DNA of 64,000 nt from Candidatus Pacearchaeota archaeon CG10_big_fil_rev_8_21_14_0_10_31_59 (GCA_002763115.1 PFCW01000002.1:131703-195702), one strand, 5' to 3'. Positions 54,331 through 64,000 are shown, numbered from the stretch's first letter. Notes: generated by a model from the sequence alone, not told the origin. Program-made: numbers and translations.

Positions 54331-55839
54331 ATGGATAATTTAGAAAAAGGAGACAATAATCTTTTATCTTCGCTTGCTAAGGGCGGAACTTTAGTTATCT
54401 TCGGTATGGTGATATCAAAAATTCTCACTTATTTTTATAATATAGTTCTTGCCAGATCTCTTGGACCTGGCGATTATGGTTTAATTACCTTGGGTTTATC
54501 TGTAATCGGTTTAATAACTTCTTTAGCGATACTTGGCCTTCCCCAGGGAATAATAATATATATAGCAAGTTACAAAAGCAAGGAGGATAATAAATCAATA
54601 AATTCAGTAATTTCTTCATCGTTAGCAATCTCTTTAATTTTAGCCATTGTCTTAACTGTAATTTCATTTATTTTTGCAGAAAAAATTGCAGTGAATATAT
54701 TTCATAACTCAGATTTAATTTTGGTATTGAAAATATTTTCTTTTCTAATTCCACTGGAAGTTTTAGTAACACATTTAGAATCTTTTGTCAAAGGATTTCG
54801 AAGGATTAAATATTTTGTCCTGGTAAGACAAATCATCGAAAATTCTATTAAATTTGGTTTAACTGCTTTAGCTTTATTTTTGGGATTTAAAGTTGCTGGT
54901 GTTGTTGGGGTAATAATAATAACTTCTTTTATATCTTGCATTCTTCTTTTATTTTTCTTATATAAAAAAATATTCAAATTTTCGATTGTTAAACCAGACA
55001 AAATAAAAATGTTGTTAACTTTTTCACTTCCTCTTTTATTAGGTCAGATATTAATTACTTTCACTGGTTGGATGGATACTTTATTTTTAGGTTATTTAAA
55101 AACAACAACTGATGTTGGGATATATAACATAGCACTTTCAACCTCAAATTTGATCTCTGTTATCCCCCATGCTTTTTTTGTCTTGTTTTTGCCGATGATA
55201 ATTGAATTATATACAAAATCACAAAACATAACGAATTTGTATCATACAGTTGCAAAATGGATTTTCTTTATCAATTTACCTATTTTAGCGATATTGCTTA
55301 TATTTCCAAAACAAATTATTACAATATTATTCGGTTCAGCTTATGAAAGTGGATTTCTGGTTTTAGCTATTTTAAGTATTAGTTTTTTCATTTTTAATTA
55401 TTCCTTAACTTCAAGAGAGGTATTATTAATGCTTAAAAAGACAAAACTTATTTTTTTGAATACAATAGTAGTATTTGCTTTGAACTTAATCCTTAATTTA
55501 ATTTTAATTCCGAAATACGGAATTTATGGAGCAGCTATAGCAACCGGAATTTCCTATATAATTCATGCAATTTTAATTCAAATAGAATTTTTCAAATTCA
55601 CAAAAATATCACCAATTCAATTAAATTATATTAAATCAATAATAGCAACTCTGTTACCTATACCTTTCATTTATCTTTTCTTAAAATTAACAGATATGCA
55701 ATCGCAAATTTTGGAGGGTATAATTTGTCTTGTTATATTCTCAGTGGTATACATTTCAATCTTATTTTTACTAAAAAGCTTTGATGAAGGAGAAAAAGAA
55801 TTATTCAAAAAGTTGAAATCAAGATTGTTTAAAAAATGA
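54331..55839 (+). CDS. oligosaccharide flippase (Wzx/MOP superfamily polysaccharide biosynthesis protein)
   Basis: Start taken at Met 54331 (MDNLEKGDNN...); the ORF-track start 54217 overlaps the upstream gene. About 503 aa, 12-14 TM, PST-family layout. Confidence 0.7.
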   Translation: MDNLEKGDNNLLSSLAKGGTLVIFGMVISKILTYFYNIVLARSLGPGDYGLITLGLSVIGLITSLAILGLPQGIIIYIASYKSKEDNKSINSVISSSLAISLILAIVLTVISFIFAEKIAVNIFHNSDLILVLKIFSFLIPLEVLVTHLESFVKGFRRIKYFVLVRQIIENSIKFGLTALALFLGFKVAGVVGVIIITSFISCILLLFFLYKKIFKFSIVKPDKIKMLLTFSLPLLLGQILITFTGWMDTLFLGYLKTTTDVGIYNIALSTSNLISVIPHAFFVLFLPMIIELYTKSQNITNLYHTVAKWIFFINLPILAILLIFPKQIITILFGSAYESGFLVLAILSISFFIFNYSLTSREVLLMLKKTKLIFLNTIVVFALNLILNLILIPKYGIYGAAIATGISYIIHAILIQIEFFKFTKISPIQLNYIKSIIATLLPIPFIYLFLKLTDMQSQILEGIICLVIFSVVYISILFLLKSFDEGEKELFKKLKSRLFKK

Positions 55840-56664
55840 TTAATCTTTAATATATTTTTCTTTTTCCTCTGGAGAAAGTTTACTTATTAAAAAATCTTCA
55901 ACCTTTCTTTTTGAATAACACGTTCCCATATCACTCCAGAAGCCTCTAACAATAAAATAACCAAGCTTCTTTTTATCAACATAACTCTGATTTACGTCAC
56001 TTATTTCATATTCTCCCCTCCATGATGGTTTTAGCTTTTTTATTATCTCAAAAACGTCCGGCATGTAAAAATATAATCCTGTTACAACCAAATTTGTCTT
56101 TGGGTTTATGGGCTTTTCTTCTATATGAAATATCTTATTATTTCTTACTTCAGCAATTCCGAATCTTGCTCTTTTAACTGGTTTATTATTTTGCCTAGGA
56201 TCTTCATGTATTTCATATAATTTACTATCTAAAACTTTCTTTAGAAATACGTAAGAAGAATTGCTTTTTCTAAATTTTTTGACGGTTTCGGATATATCAT
56301 CTTCAAAGAAGTTATCTCCGAGTATAACAATCATCTTTCTTCCATTAACAACTATTTCCGTTTGTCTTAAAGCATCAGCTATACCTAATGCCTTTTCCTG
56401 CATCAAGAAAACTATTTTTACACCAAACTTATCCCAAAATTTCAGTCCTCTATAAAAATGTTCGGCGTATTCCGGACCAGTAACTATTATTATATCCTTT
56501 ATCCCGGCTTTTAATAATAACATTATGGGATAATCTATCATTGGTCTGTCTAAAATCTGAACAAGATGTTTATTGGTGGTTACTCTGTATTCATTAGCTA
56601 TTTTTTTACCTATCCTTGTTCCCAGACCCCCGGCAAGTATAATCCCGACGATATCTTTCTTCAT
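55840..56664 (-). CDS. rmlA: sugar-1-phosphate nucleotidyltransferase (glucose-1-phosphate thymidylyltransferase, RmlA-like)
   Basis: True start is Met 56664 (MKKDIVGIILAGGLGTRI); the ORF-track N-terminal extension to 57024 overlaps rmlD and is rejected. G-x-G-T-R motif, nucleotidyltransferase fold, flanked by rmlD and rmlB. Confidence 0.7.
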   Translation of the reverse strand: MKKDIVGIILAGGLGTRIGKKIANEYRVTTNKHLVQILDRPMIDYPIMLLLKAGIKDIIIVTGPEYAEHFYRGLKFWDKFGVKIVFLMQEKALGIADALRQTEIVVNGRKMIVILGDNFFEDDISETVKKFRKSNSSYVFLKKVLDSKLYEIHEDPRQNNKPVKRARFGIAEVRNNKIFHIEEKPINPKTNLVVTGLYFYMPDVFEIIKKLKPSWRGEYEISDVNQSYVDKKKLGYFIVRGFWSDMGTCYSKRKVEDFLISKLSPEEKEKYIKD

Positions 56665-56722
56665 AATATAGAACACACAATAATAAGATTTATATAAATT
56701 TATATTCTCCATTAGATATAAA

Positions 56723-57562
56723 ATGGCTAAAATTTTGATATTTGGTAAGGGTTTTATCGGAAAAAGAATCCAAGAAGAACTACATTGTGAGATTTCAGAT
56801 AAACATATAACTTGTTTGAAGGATATAGAATCTGAAATTGATAAATTTAAACCAGAGATAATCATAAATTGCATCGGAACCACTGGAAAAATCGGAGGAA
56901 ATGTTGATGATTTAGAAGAAATTAAAGATAAAGCATTATTCTCTAACTCTTTGATACCTATAATGATGGCAGAAGTTTCTTTAAGAAGAAATATAAAATT
57001 AATACATTTGTCGAGCGGATGCATATTTCACTATGATTATAAAAATCAAAGTCCAATTACAGAGGAACAAGAGGGAGATTTTTTTGATTTGTTTTACAGC
57101 CGGACAAAAATTTATTCTGAACAAGCTTTAAAAATTTTATCTAAAAAATATGATATATTAATATTAAGAATAAGAATTCCATTGGATAATAGGCCAAATC
57201 CAAAAAATATCTTAGATAAACTGTTAGCTTATAAAAAAATAATTAATATACCCAATTCTATAACCTATATTCCAAGTTTTACAGAGGCTTTAAAGCATCT
57301 TATTAAAATTGATGCGACAGGTATTTATAATGTTGTAAACAAAGATAGCTTGAAATACAGTAAACTTTTGGATATTTATAAAAAATATAAGCCAGAGTTT
57401 GAATATCAGATAATAGGTCTAGATGAACTATATACAAAGATAAAAGGAAAAAGGACAAATATATTATTATCAGTAGAAAAATTGGAAAAAACAGGATTTA
57501 AAATGCCATCGATTTATGATATCTTGGAGGAATGTGTACGAACATATTTAAAAAATGCCTAA
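56723..57562 (+). CDS. rmlD: dTDP-4-dehydrorhamnose reductase-like NAD(P)-dependent SDR (RmlD-like)
   Basis: 279 aa. N-terminal Rossmann ILIFGKGFIGKRI. Catalytic YSRTK (YxxxK). Confidence 0.6.
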   Translation: MAKILIFGKGFIGKRIQEELHCEISDKHITCLKDIESEIDKFKPEIIINCIGTTGKIGGNVDDLEEIKDKALFSNSLIPIMMAEVSLRRNIKLIHLSSGCIFHYDYKNQSPITEEQEGDFFDLFYSRTKIYSEQALKILSKKYDILILRIRIPLDNRPNPKNILDKLLAYKKIINIPNSITYIPSFTEALKHLIKIDATGIYNVVNKDSLKYSKLLDIYKKYKPEFEYQIIGLDELYTKIKGKRTNILLSVEKLEKTGFKMPSIYDILEECVRTYLKNA

Positions 57563-58589
57563 AAAAATTTTAGTTACTGGGGGTTGTGGATTTATAGGTA
57601 GCAATTTTATAATTTACTGGCTTAAAAATCATCCGTTAGATATAGTAATAAATCTCGATAAAATAACTTACGCAGGAAATAAAAAATATCTCTCAGAAAT
57701 AACTAAAAATAAAGATTGTAAAAAAAGATATAAATTTTTCAAGGGAAACATAAGAAATGTTAAGTTAGTTCAAAGAATATTAAATAAGGAAAATCCCGAT
57801 ATTATCGTTCATTTTGCAGCAGAGACCCACGTTACCAGATCTGAAGGTGCTGCAGAAAACGCAAAAAGATTTTTCGATACAAATGTAGCCGGAACTTTTA
57901 TATTACTTGAATCATGCGTTCAATTAAATAAACATTTAAGATTTATACAAATATCCACAGATGAAGTTTATGGTGAAGTGAAAGATGGTTTTAGAAAAGA
58001 ATCTGAGAAAAAATCAGGTTTTGGAAAAGCAACATCACCTTACGCTAAGACAAAAGCAATTGCGGATGATTTAGCTTTATCTTATTCTGATAAATTAGAT
58101 GTTATTGTTGCAAGACCAACAAATAATTTCGGTCCGAGACAAAATCCGGAAAAATTATTACCCAGAAGCATCACCAATCTTTTTTTAGGAAAACCTATAG
58201 AGATATGGGGAGAAGGCAATGAGATAAGAGACTGGCTTTATGTTGAGGATACCGCAAGAGCCATAGAAACTTTGATAGAAAAAGGAAAAACTGGAGAGGC
58301 ATACAATATAGGTGCAAACAATAAGCCAGAGATAACAAATAAAGAGATTGCGGAACTATTAGTAGAAATAATGAATTTGAATAAAGAAAAAATGATCAAA
58401 TTTGTTCCGAATCCGAGGAAACATCATGATTTTAGGTATGGTGTAGATACAGAAAAAATAAAAAAATTAGGGTGGGTTCCAAGTTATAATATAAAAGAAT
58501 TATTCACAAAAACAATTGATTGGTATAAAGAAAATAAAAAAATATGGCTTTCATTAAAAAAGGAAGCTGAGAAATTATATAACGATTAA
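57555..58589 (+). CDS. rmlB: dTDP-glucose 4,6-dehydratase
   Basis: 344 aa. ILVTGGCGFIGSNF, ISTDEVYG, YAKTKA (YxxxK). Extended SDR of RmlB type. Confidence 0.85.
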   Translation: MPKKILVTGGCGFIGSNFIIYWLKNHPLDIVINLDKITYAGNKKYLSEITKNKDCKKRYKFFKGNIRNVKLVQRILNKENPDIIVHFAAETHVTRSEGAAENAKRFFDTNVAGTFILLESCVQLNKHLRFIQISTDEVYGEVKDGFRKESEKKSGFGKATSPYAKTKAIADDLALSYSDKLDVIVARPTNNFGPRQNPEKLLPRSITNLFLGKPIEIWGEGNEIRDWLYVEDTARAIETLIEKGKTGEAYNIGANNKPEITNKEIAELLVEIMNLNKEKMIKFVPNPRKHHDFRYGVDTEKIKKLGWVPSYNIKELFTKTIDWYKENKKIWLSLKKEAEKLYND

Positions 58590-59683
58590 TTATTTTCTAA
58601 AAAATTTAGCATTTTAGGAACATTTACTTCCAAAGAATATCTTTTTTTTATAATTTCCCTTCCATTTTTACCAATCTCTTCTCTTTGTTTTTTATTTTTA
58701 ATCAAATATCCTAAGGCTTTAATCCAATCATCTTTATTTTTTACTAATAAACCCTCTTTACTACTTTTTATAACATCTTTTATTGCTCCAACATCACTTG
58801 AAATTGAAGGAATACCGATAGCCATATATTGTAAAGCTTTCCAAGCACATTTTCCTTTTGAAGCAATATCATCATACAGCGGCATAACTCCAATATCAAA
58901 ATTTGCAATATCTCTCCAGTCTTTGTCAAGTTCCCAATCAATTAAAATAACCTTGATGTTCTCAAATTTAGGGACAATTTCTTTAAATTCGTTAGCTCCA
59001 ATAATTCTAAATTCAATATTTTTAAATTTTCTTCCAATATTTCCCAAAGGTTCTTTTAATATCTCTAGAAATTTTAATGTAGATGGAGTTCCAACCCACC
59101 CAACAACAACATTGCTGTTTTTTTCAGTTCTCTTTATATCTTTTAATGCGTCAAGATCAACAGAAGTTGGAATCACTACAACATTTTTATTATATTTTAG
59201 AGCATAATCCTTTAGAAAATTATTCCCGGCTATAACACCATCACTAATCTTAATTTGTATTTCTGTTTTTTTTGGATATGGAATAAATATAGCATCATTA
59301 ATATCAAAAAAAACTTTTCTTTTCATAATTTTTTTTAGGATGATCTCAAAAAAAGGAGGTCCGTGGGGAAACATTGCTGTTTGAATTATTATTCTATCTG
59401 TCTTTTTAGTTTTTAATATTTGAGATATTCTTATAAAAATATGCAAAATATTCTGGACTATCTTGAGGAATAAATTTTTTCTCGTTAAACTAAACAAACT
59501 AAAAACGTTTGTTTTATATCCCATTTTTTCCATTTTTCTGGCTATCTGATAACCCCTATATCGAGCTCCAGGGTTAGTAATCCCACCCAAATTAAAAAAA
59601 ACAATTCTAGATAACTTGTTTTCCATCTTCTGTCCTTTTTTTGTCTTTATGCAACAAACTGAAAGTATAAAGTTGTTTTCCAC
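58586..59683 (-). CDS. GT-B fold glycosyltransferase (GT4-like); start possibly Met 59626
   Basis: 365 aa. C-terminal ...SSDVGAIKDVIKSSKEGLLVKNKDDWIKALGYLI is a GT4-type E-x7-E-like region. Overlaps the CapK-like stop by 20-77 nt depending on the start. Confidence 0.7.
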   Translation of the reverse strand: MENNFILSVCCIKTKKGQKMENKLSRIVFFNLGGITNPGARYRGYQIARKMEKMGYKTNVFSLFSLTRKNLFLKIVQNILHIFIRISQILKTKKTDRIIIQTAMFPHGPPFFEIILKKIMKRKVFFDINDAIFIPYPKKTEIQIKISDGVIAGNNFLKDYALKYNKNVVVIPTSVDLDALKDIKRTEKNSNVVVGWVGTPSTLKFLEILKEPLGNIGRKFKNIEFRIIGANEFKEIVPKFENIKVILIDWELDKDWRDIANFDIGVMPLYDDIASKGKCAWKALQYMAIGIPSISSDVGAIKDVIKSSKEGLLVKNKDDWIKALGYLIKNKKQREEIGKNGREIIKKRYSLEVNVPKMLNFLENN

Positions 59684-60974
59684 TTTTAGTTAAAGGTATT
59701 TTTTCAACTTTTTCCCATATAACATTACAACTTTTTCCCATAACTTTCTGAATTTTTTTTGTAATCAAATTCTTCTGCTCCACATTAAATCCAGTTTCTT
59801 TTTCAACAAAAAGAATTCTTATTCTTTCATAATCTTCCTGTATAATCTGTATTGCGTTAACCACATGTTTTGGATAAAACATATGTGTGAGAAATTCACC
59901 GTAGACAATATCCCCGTTTTTTCTAATAAAATTATCAGTTGTTCTTCCGTTAATTCTTCCCATAACAGGTAATGGAACATCACAATTATCTTTCTCTTTT
60001 TGAATTGTAGCTAAATCACCAGTGTCATATCTTATAAAAGGCATAACATAATTATCCAAATTTGTCACAATTATTCTTCCAAATTCCTTATTAATCTTTA
60101 TTATTTCCGCTTTATTCTTAAAAATGAAATTGTGCATTACATGATTTTTACATTCTCCACAAATTCCGTTTACTTCTCTAGACCCATAAAAATCAAAAAC
60201 TTCGGTGCCAAAAACTTCTTCTATTTTTTTTCTCATAAAATCATAAAGTGTGGTGGTTGTACTTACTATTAATTTAGGAGAATGAATCTTTAATTTATTC
60301 TCTTCTATAAATTGAGCTAAGGTATAAAGTGGGGTAGCATAACCTCTAATAAAAGTTGGTTTGTAGTCATTTATTACTTTTACATACTTAGCCATATTTT
60401 TTTTGTACATAAAATACGCATTACATTGTTTCCTATTCCTCAACCAATTTCCCACCTGCCTACGAACATATGCCCATTTGTTAAATAAATTAGAATCAGT
60501 CCCCCAAACTAAAACCTCTTTGTGAGAATGTTCATCATAACCCAAAATATTTCTAAAATAATATTTATCTGTAGCATCTGCCCAATTTGAAAAGATATCT
60601 TCGGACATCAAATCAAGAGGTTCTCCTGTAGAGCCTCCAGTTGAATTTGGTTGCCACCTTCTCTTTTTAAAATCTAAAGAGATTAAATCTTTTCTATTTT
60701 TCCTTATATCTTCTTTAGTTAATATGGGTATTTTATCAAACCTCGTTAAATCAACTTCAAAACCTTCGTAAACTTTTTTTATTATTTTGATCTTATCAAA
60801 TATTCTTTTATAGTAAGGAATATTTTTATAAGAGTGAATAATCAAATTTTTTAATTTTTTTTCGCTTAACTCCTCCATCTCACCCTTATCCAAGTCTTTA
60901 ATTATATTATAAAATTTTTCGGAGTCTCTATTAAAAGATTTTTCTGCTACTTTCCATAAAACTTTCCTAATCAT
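59607..60974 (-). CDS. phenylacetate-CoA-ligase-like adenylate-forming enzyme (CapK-type capsular polysaccharide protein)
   Basis: 455 aa. PaaK/CapK-like layout. NSTGGSTGEPL is the AMP-binding P-loop-like motif. Confidence 0.6.
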   Translation of the reverse strand: MIRKVLWKVAEKSFNRDSEKFYNIIKDLDKGEMEELSEKKLKNLIIHSYKNIPYYKRIFDKIKIIKKVYEGFEVDLTRFDKIPILTKEDIRKNRKDLISLDFKKRRWQPNSTGGSTGEPLDLMSEDIFSNWADATDKYYFRNILGYDEHSHKEVLVWGTDSNLFNKWAYVRRQVGNWLRNRKQCNAYFMYKKNMAKYVKVINDYKPTFIRGYATPLYTLAQFIEENKLKIHSPKLIVSTTTTLYDFMRKKIEEVFGTEVFDFYGSREVNGICGECKNHVMHNFIFKNKAEIIKINKEFGRIIVTNLDNYVMPFIRYDTGDLATIQKEKDNCDVPLPVMGRINGRTTDNFIRKNGDIVYGEFLTHMFYPKHVVNAIQIIQEDYERIRILFVEKETGFNVEQKNLITKKIQKVMGKSCNVIWEKVEKIPLTKSGKQLYTFSLLHKDKKRTEDGKQVI

Positions 60975-62095
60975 TTCTTTCTCCCAAATATTTTTGAAAA
61001 TATAAATCTTGGTAAACCAACAAAAAAATATTTTAATGGCAAGTCTTTAATCTTTTTAATCATTCTGGGATGTTTAAAAATCTGCATTAAACCATTTTTA
61101 ATCTCGTTATTTTCTCTTTGTCTAACATATTCTCTCCAAAATTTTCCATAATCCTTAGATTTTAATTCCTTTGAAATTTTGTCAATGAAATTCAAAAAGT
61201 TTATTCTTTCTTCATCAACCATTAAAATTGGGTTAAATTCTTCATTTAGTTTAATTGGGATTATCTCAAAATTTTTAATTTGAGATTCTTCCAAGTTCAA
61301 TTTTAAAATAAAAGATTTCTTTGCCTCTTCCTTTTGAATCCTTATTTTTTCCTTTTCAATTATATCTGAAATAATAAAATTTCCGAGATTGTAAGCAATT
61401 AATTTTTCTTTATACATTTCTACACCCTGAATTACATGGGAGTGATGTCCCCAAACAAAATCTGCACCGGAGTCTATAATTTTATGAGCATATTTTATCT
61501 GTTCCGGTGATGGATAATTATAAAATTCTACTCCCCAATGTAATGAGACTATCAAAAAATCAACTTCTTTTCTAATATTTTTGATATCTTCTATCATCTC
61601 ATTTATATCTAACTTAACACATCCATAATTGTTTGATGTGCAAAAAATTCCGTTTGTAGACTCATCACAATAACCTATAAAACCAACAGTACAATTTTTA
61701 AATTTTATTTTTAATAATTTTTTTGCTTCATCTATATCTTCTCCACCACCAAAAAATTTTATTTTTTCTTTTTTAAGCTTCTCTTTGGTTTCCTTAAAAC
61801 CTTCCAAATTTCTATCAAAAATATGATTATTTCCTAGTGTTACAATATTAATGTTATTTTCATGTAAAATTCTTGAAAAATTTGGATTTGCAGCAACATT
61901 TATAGCTTTCTTTATTTCTTTCTTGCTGTCTGTCAATGGATTCTCAAGATTTCCAATAACCAAATCCGCTCTTTTGAATTCATTTTTTAAATTAACAAAA
62001 GGATTAAACTTATTTTTGATCTTTAACTTTTCAGATAAAACTCCGTAAAGTGCTATATCTCCTAAGGCAATAATTGAAAGATTATCTTTTTTCAT
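60971..62095 (-). CDS. CapA/PgsA-family metallophosphatase (poly-gamma-glutamate/capsule biosynthesis protein)
   Basis: 374 aa. ALGDIALY, GNLENP, GNNHIFD, HWGVEF are calcineurin-like CapA motifs. Confidence 0.7.
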   Translation of the reverse strand: MKKDNLSIIALGDIALYGVLSEKLKIKNKFNPFVNLKNEFKRADLVIGNLENPLTDSKKEIKKAINVAANPNFSRILHENNINIVTLGNNHIFDRNLEGFKETKEKLKKEKIKFFGGGEDIDEAKKLLKIKFKNCTVGFIGYCDESTNGIFCTSNNYGCVKLDINEMIEDIKNIRKEVDFLIVSLHWGVEFYNYPSPEQIKYAHKIIDSGADFVWGHHSHVIQGVEMYKEKLIAYNLGNFIISDIIEKEKIRIQKEEAKKSFILKLNLEESQIKNFEIIPIKLNEEFNPILMVDEERINFLNFIDKISKELKSKDYGKFWREYVRQRENNEIKNGLMQIFKHPRMIKKIKDLPLKYFFVGLPRFIFSKIFGRKK

Positions 62096-63194
62096 TTTTT
62101 ATAATCTCCAAAATTCTTTCTGCAGTTTTACCATCCCAAAATCTTGGGATTGAACTTTTTTTATACAAACCAGCTTCAATTTCTCTTATTTTGTTTAAAC
62201 AATATATCTTATTTAATCCAACTACTGTATTTGTTCCAATTTTAACTGTAACTGGCCTTTCTGTTTCTGTTCTTAATGTCAAACAAGGAATTTTTAGAAA
62301 AGTGGTTTCTTCCTGTATCCCTCCCGAATCAGTCATAACAAATTTAGAGTTTAACATCAAATTTAACATTGCTAGATATCCAACCGGTTCTATTATTTTA
62401 ATATTTTTTATTTTATTTAATTCTTCAATCTTATCAAATTTTTTAAATTGTATCTTTGCTGCAGGGTGTAGCGGGTATACAATCTCCACTTTTTTTGAAA
62501 TTTCTTTAATAAATAAGATAAATTTATTTATCTTATAAGCACCATTTAAATTTTCATGCCTGTGAAATGTTAAAATAGCATAATCTTTTTTCTTTAATTT
62601 AAATTTTTTATAATAATCTAATTTTTCAGCTTCCTTTAGTTTTAAGGATAAAGAATCTATCATTATATTTCCAACAAAAAAAATCTTTTTTTCATTAACC
62701 CCTTCTTTTTTTAGATGTTCGTTGGCAGATTCCTCGGTTGTAAATAGTAATTCTGAATTATTATCAATTATTATTCTAGCCTTTTCCTCAGGCATTTCAT
62801 TGTTAAATGATCTAAGTCCAGATTCTACATGTGCAACGTTTAAACCAATCTTTTTTGCTATTAGTGCAACATAAGCTGAAGAGATAACATCTCCAACAAC
62901 AATAACATAATCCGGCTTATCTTTTCTTAATATTGATATAAGGTGAGGTATAGAAGAAAAAAACGCCATCAATTTTCTGTTTTTAGAAAGTTTACCAACC
63001 TTTGCCTTTAAACCCAAACTATAATCTGGTTTAGGGATATTTAATTCTCTAGAAAAAATACCTGTCATAGATTCACTTTTGTGTTGTTCAGTATACAAAA
63101 TCGAAAAATTAATTTTTCTTTTTTTTGCTTCTTTTATCAGTGGAGCTATTTTCATAAAATTCGGTCTGCTAGCAACAACAAACATTAGTTTCAT
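62082..63194 (-). CDS. wecB: UDP-N-acetylglucosamine 2-epimerase (non-hydrolysing)
   Basis: 370 aa. MKLMFVVASRPNFMKIAPL, HVESGLRS, DSGGIQEE are the characteristic WecB/MnaA blocks. Confidence 0.85.
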   Translation of the reverse strand: MKLMFVVASRPNFMKIAPLIKEAKKRKINFSILYTEQHKSESMTGIFSRELNIPKPDYSLGLKAKVGKLSKNRKLMAFFSSIPHLISILRKDKPDYVIVVGDVISSAYVALIAKKIGLNVAHVESGLRSFNNEMPEEKARIIIDNNSELLFTTEESANEHLKKEGVNEKKIFFVGNIMIDSLSLKLKEAEKLDYYKKFKLKKKDYAILTFHRHENLNGAYKINKFILFIKEISKKVEIVYPLHPAAKIQFKKFDKIEELNKIKNIKIIEPVGYLAMLNLMLNSKFVMTDSGGIQEETTFLKIPCLTLRTETERPVTVKIGTNTVVGLNKIYCLNKIREIEAGLYKKSSIPRFWDGKTAERILEIIKNEKR

Positions 63195-63195
63195 T

Positions 63196-64000
63196 TTAAA
63201 TATTCCTTATTTTTCTTAGAAAAAGAAAAGGTTTGATTAATAAATTATTTTGTATAAAATAATATAGCTTATTAGGTATATACTCAATATTATAAAAAGA
63301 AACAAGTTTTCCGCCCCATTTTCTTTTGTATTCATAAACAAAAAATCTTGAGTCTTTATCTGTTAGATTCGGGGTACAACCGCCAAAATCATAAATTTCA
63401 TACTTTTCTTTTTTTGCATATAAAATAGATTCCCACTGAATCTTGCTTGGTGCCTGTTTATTGCTATATTCCCTTAAGGAACAACCATGATAATATATGA
63501 TTTTTTTCCCAGTATGAAAAAATAAAGCTCCAGCAATTATTCTATTTTCATCTTTTGCTATAAAAAATGTAGCCATTTTTTTTGAAACCATCTCTTTAAA
63601 GACATATTCAAAAAAACTTTTAGGATTTAACATAAAACTGCTCCTTTTTTTGGAAATTCTCTTTTCATTCAACAAAGCTAGTCTATAATATTCATTCAGT
63701 TCTTCTTCATCCTCTATTTTTTTAACTATAATTCCTTCTTTTTCAGCTTTTCTTACAGCATTTCTTGATTTTTTATCTAGCTTATTCCATAATTCATCCT
63801 TACTTTTTTTTAAATCCAAAACGAAAGTGAATCTTTCTATAAAATTCAACCCATCTAATACAAAATTCGGCTTATTTTTTAATCCAAACATGGTATTACC
63901 AATACGCGAATAAGTTACCCCGTCTTGCTTCATTTTCTCCAGAACTTTCTCCAAAAATTTTTCATCTTTCGCCGAAGTGTAAATCTGTGTTCTTGAACTT
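63196..64000 (-). CDS. FemAB-family / GNAT-fold (Acetyltransf_6-like) aminoacyl-transferase, 5' end beyond window
   Basis: The reading frame stays open upstream of the ORF-track start (which is a TTG) to the window edge, so the gene is 5'-truncated. Visible part has a FemAB-like lysine/aromatic pattern (KSKDELWNKLDKKSRNAVRKAEKEGI...). Confidence 0.55.
   Translation of the reverse strand, partial: SSRTQIYTSAKDEKFLEKVLEKMKQDGVTYSRIGNTMFGLKNKPNFVLDGLNFIERFTFVLDLKKSKDELWNKLDKKSRNAVRKAEKEGIIVKKIEDEEELNEYYRLALLNEKRISKKRSSFMLNPKSFFEYVFKEMVSKKMATFFIAKDENRIIAGALFFHTGKKIIYYHGCSLREYSNKQAPSKIQWESILYAKKEKYEIYDFGGCTPNLTDKDSRFFVYEYKRKWGGKLVSFYNIEYIPNKLYYFIQNNLLIKPFLFLRKIRNI

Noticed and set aside
56665-57024. 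N-terminal 120-aa extension of the ORF-track entry 55840-57024 (minus strand).
   Set aside because: The extension is low-complexity and overlaps the convergently arranged rmlD gene. The nucleotidyltransferase motif starts at Met 56664, taken as the true start.
1-64000. Diversity-generating retroelement or other reverse-transcriptase system (common in small-genome archaea).
   Set aside because: No ORF shows RT motifs (YxDD etc.). The only duplicated segments (7041/7415, 30889/31908, 7876/8238) lack the adenine-specific mismatch pattern of TR/VR pairs.

Overview
The window is an AT-rich (visually about 30% GC), gene-dense fragment of an archaeal chromosome. The gene set is archaeal: Orc1/Cdc6, PolD DP1 and DP2, LonB, Hef, archaeal-type TyrRS, secF-secD order, RNase P Rpp21, and intron-containing tRNAs. 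The small, compact, pseudogene-prone gene style suggests a DPANN-like, small-genome lineage, but that is inference.

Main contents, in order:
- 1-5.6 kb: tail of a carbamoyltransferase-like gene, a membrane SGNH hydrolase, an unlisted 52-aa DUF5989-like gene, a Zn-ribbon methyltransferase, a frameshifted ZIP zinc transporter, and an ABC transporter whose ABC-2 permease carries an in-frame TGA.
- 5.9-10.3 kb: a Xer-like tyrosine recombinase followed by a small accessory island. It holds a Cys-rich mini-protein, small membrane proteins, two paralogous coiled-coil + winged-HTH genes facing each other across a 415-bp repeat-rich spacer, and a lone wHTH gene. One paralog has its promoter palindromes (AAACA-NN-TGTTT / AGGTGTTTA) reiterated inside its own coding sequence. 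I rate this the most likely novel regulatory or mobile-element module in the window.
- 10.3-13.9 kb: Lhr-core helicase and MPE phosphoesterase operon, then a tRNA-Ser(CGA) with a 74-nt intron.
- 14.7-24.0 kb: LonB, a PRC-barrel protein, a predicted oriC (AT-rich unwinding region flanked by inverted ORB-like repeats), then orc1/cdc6, PolD small subunit, an HD protein, and PolD large subunit.
- 24.0-38.3 kb: a PPDK-N gene remnant, PfkB kinase, SAH hydrolase, an aminotransferase, a TctA-like transporter, tyrS, a RelB/RelE cassette apparently inserted next to a Drg GTPase (leaving a duplicated Drg 3' end), an M16 peptidase, ThpR, and a split Hef (XPF nuclease and helicase genes separated by uppP and a GT2).
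- 39.5-49.2 kb: an archaeal type-IV-pilus-like locus. It has a PRC-barrel gene, three tandem paralogous 5-TM genes, a Q/Y-rich prion-like coiled-coil protein, a 763-aa secretion ATPase with an N-terminal Cys motif, a 743-aa platform protein, a 60-aa pilin-like candidate, and a 360-aa anchored extracellular protein.
- 49.1-50.6 kb: Rpp21, a 5S rRNA (minus strand), tRNA-Arg(CCU), dut, and a tRNA-Gly(UCC) with two introns that share a hairpin.
- 50.6-64.0 kb: an envelope glycan cluster: GT2, secF/secD, a flippase, rmlA/rmlD/rmlB (no rmlC seen), GT4, a CapK-like ligase, CapA, WecB, and a FemAB-like gene.

No CRISPR array, reverse transcriptase or IS transposase was found.
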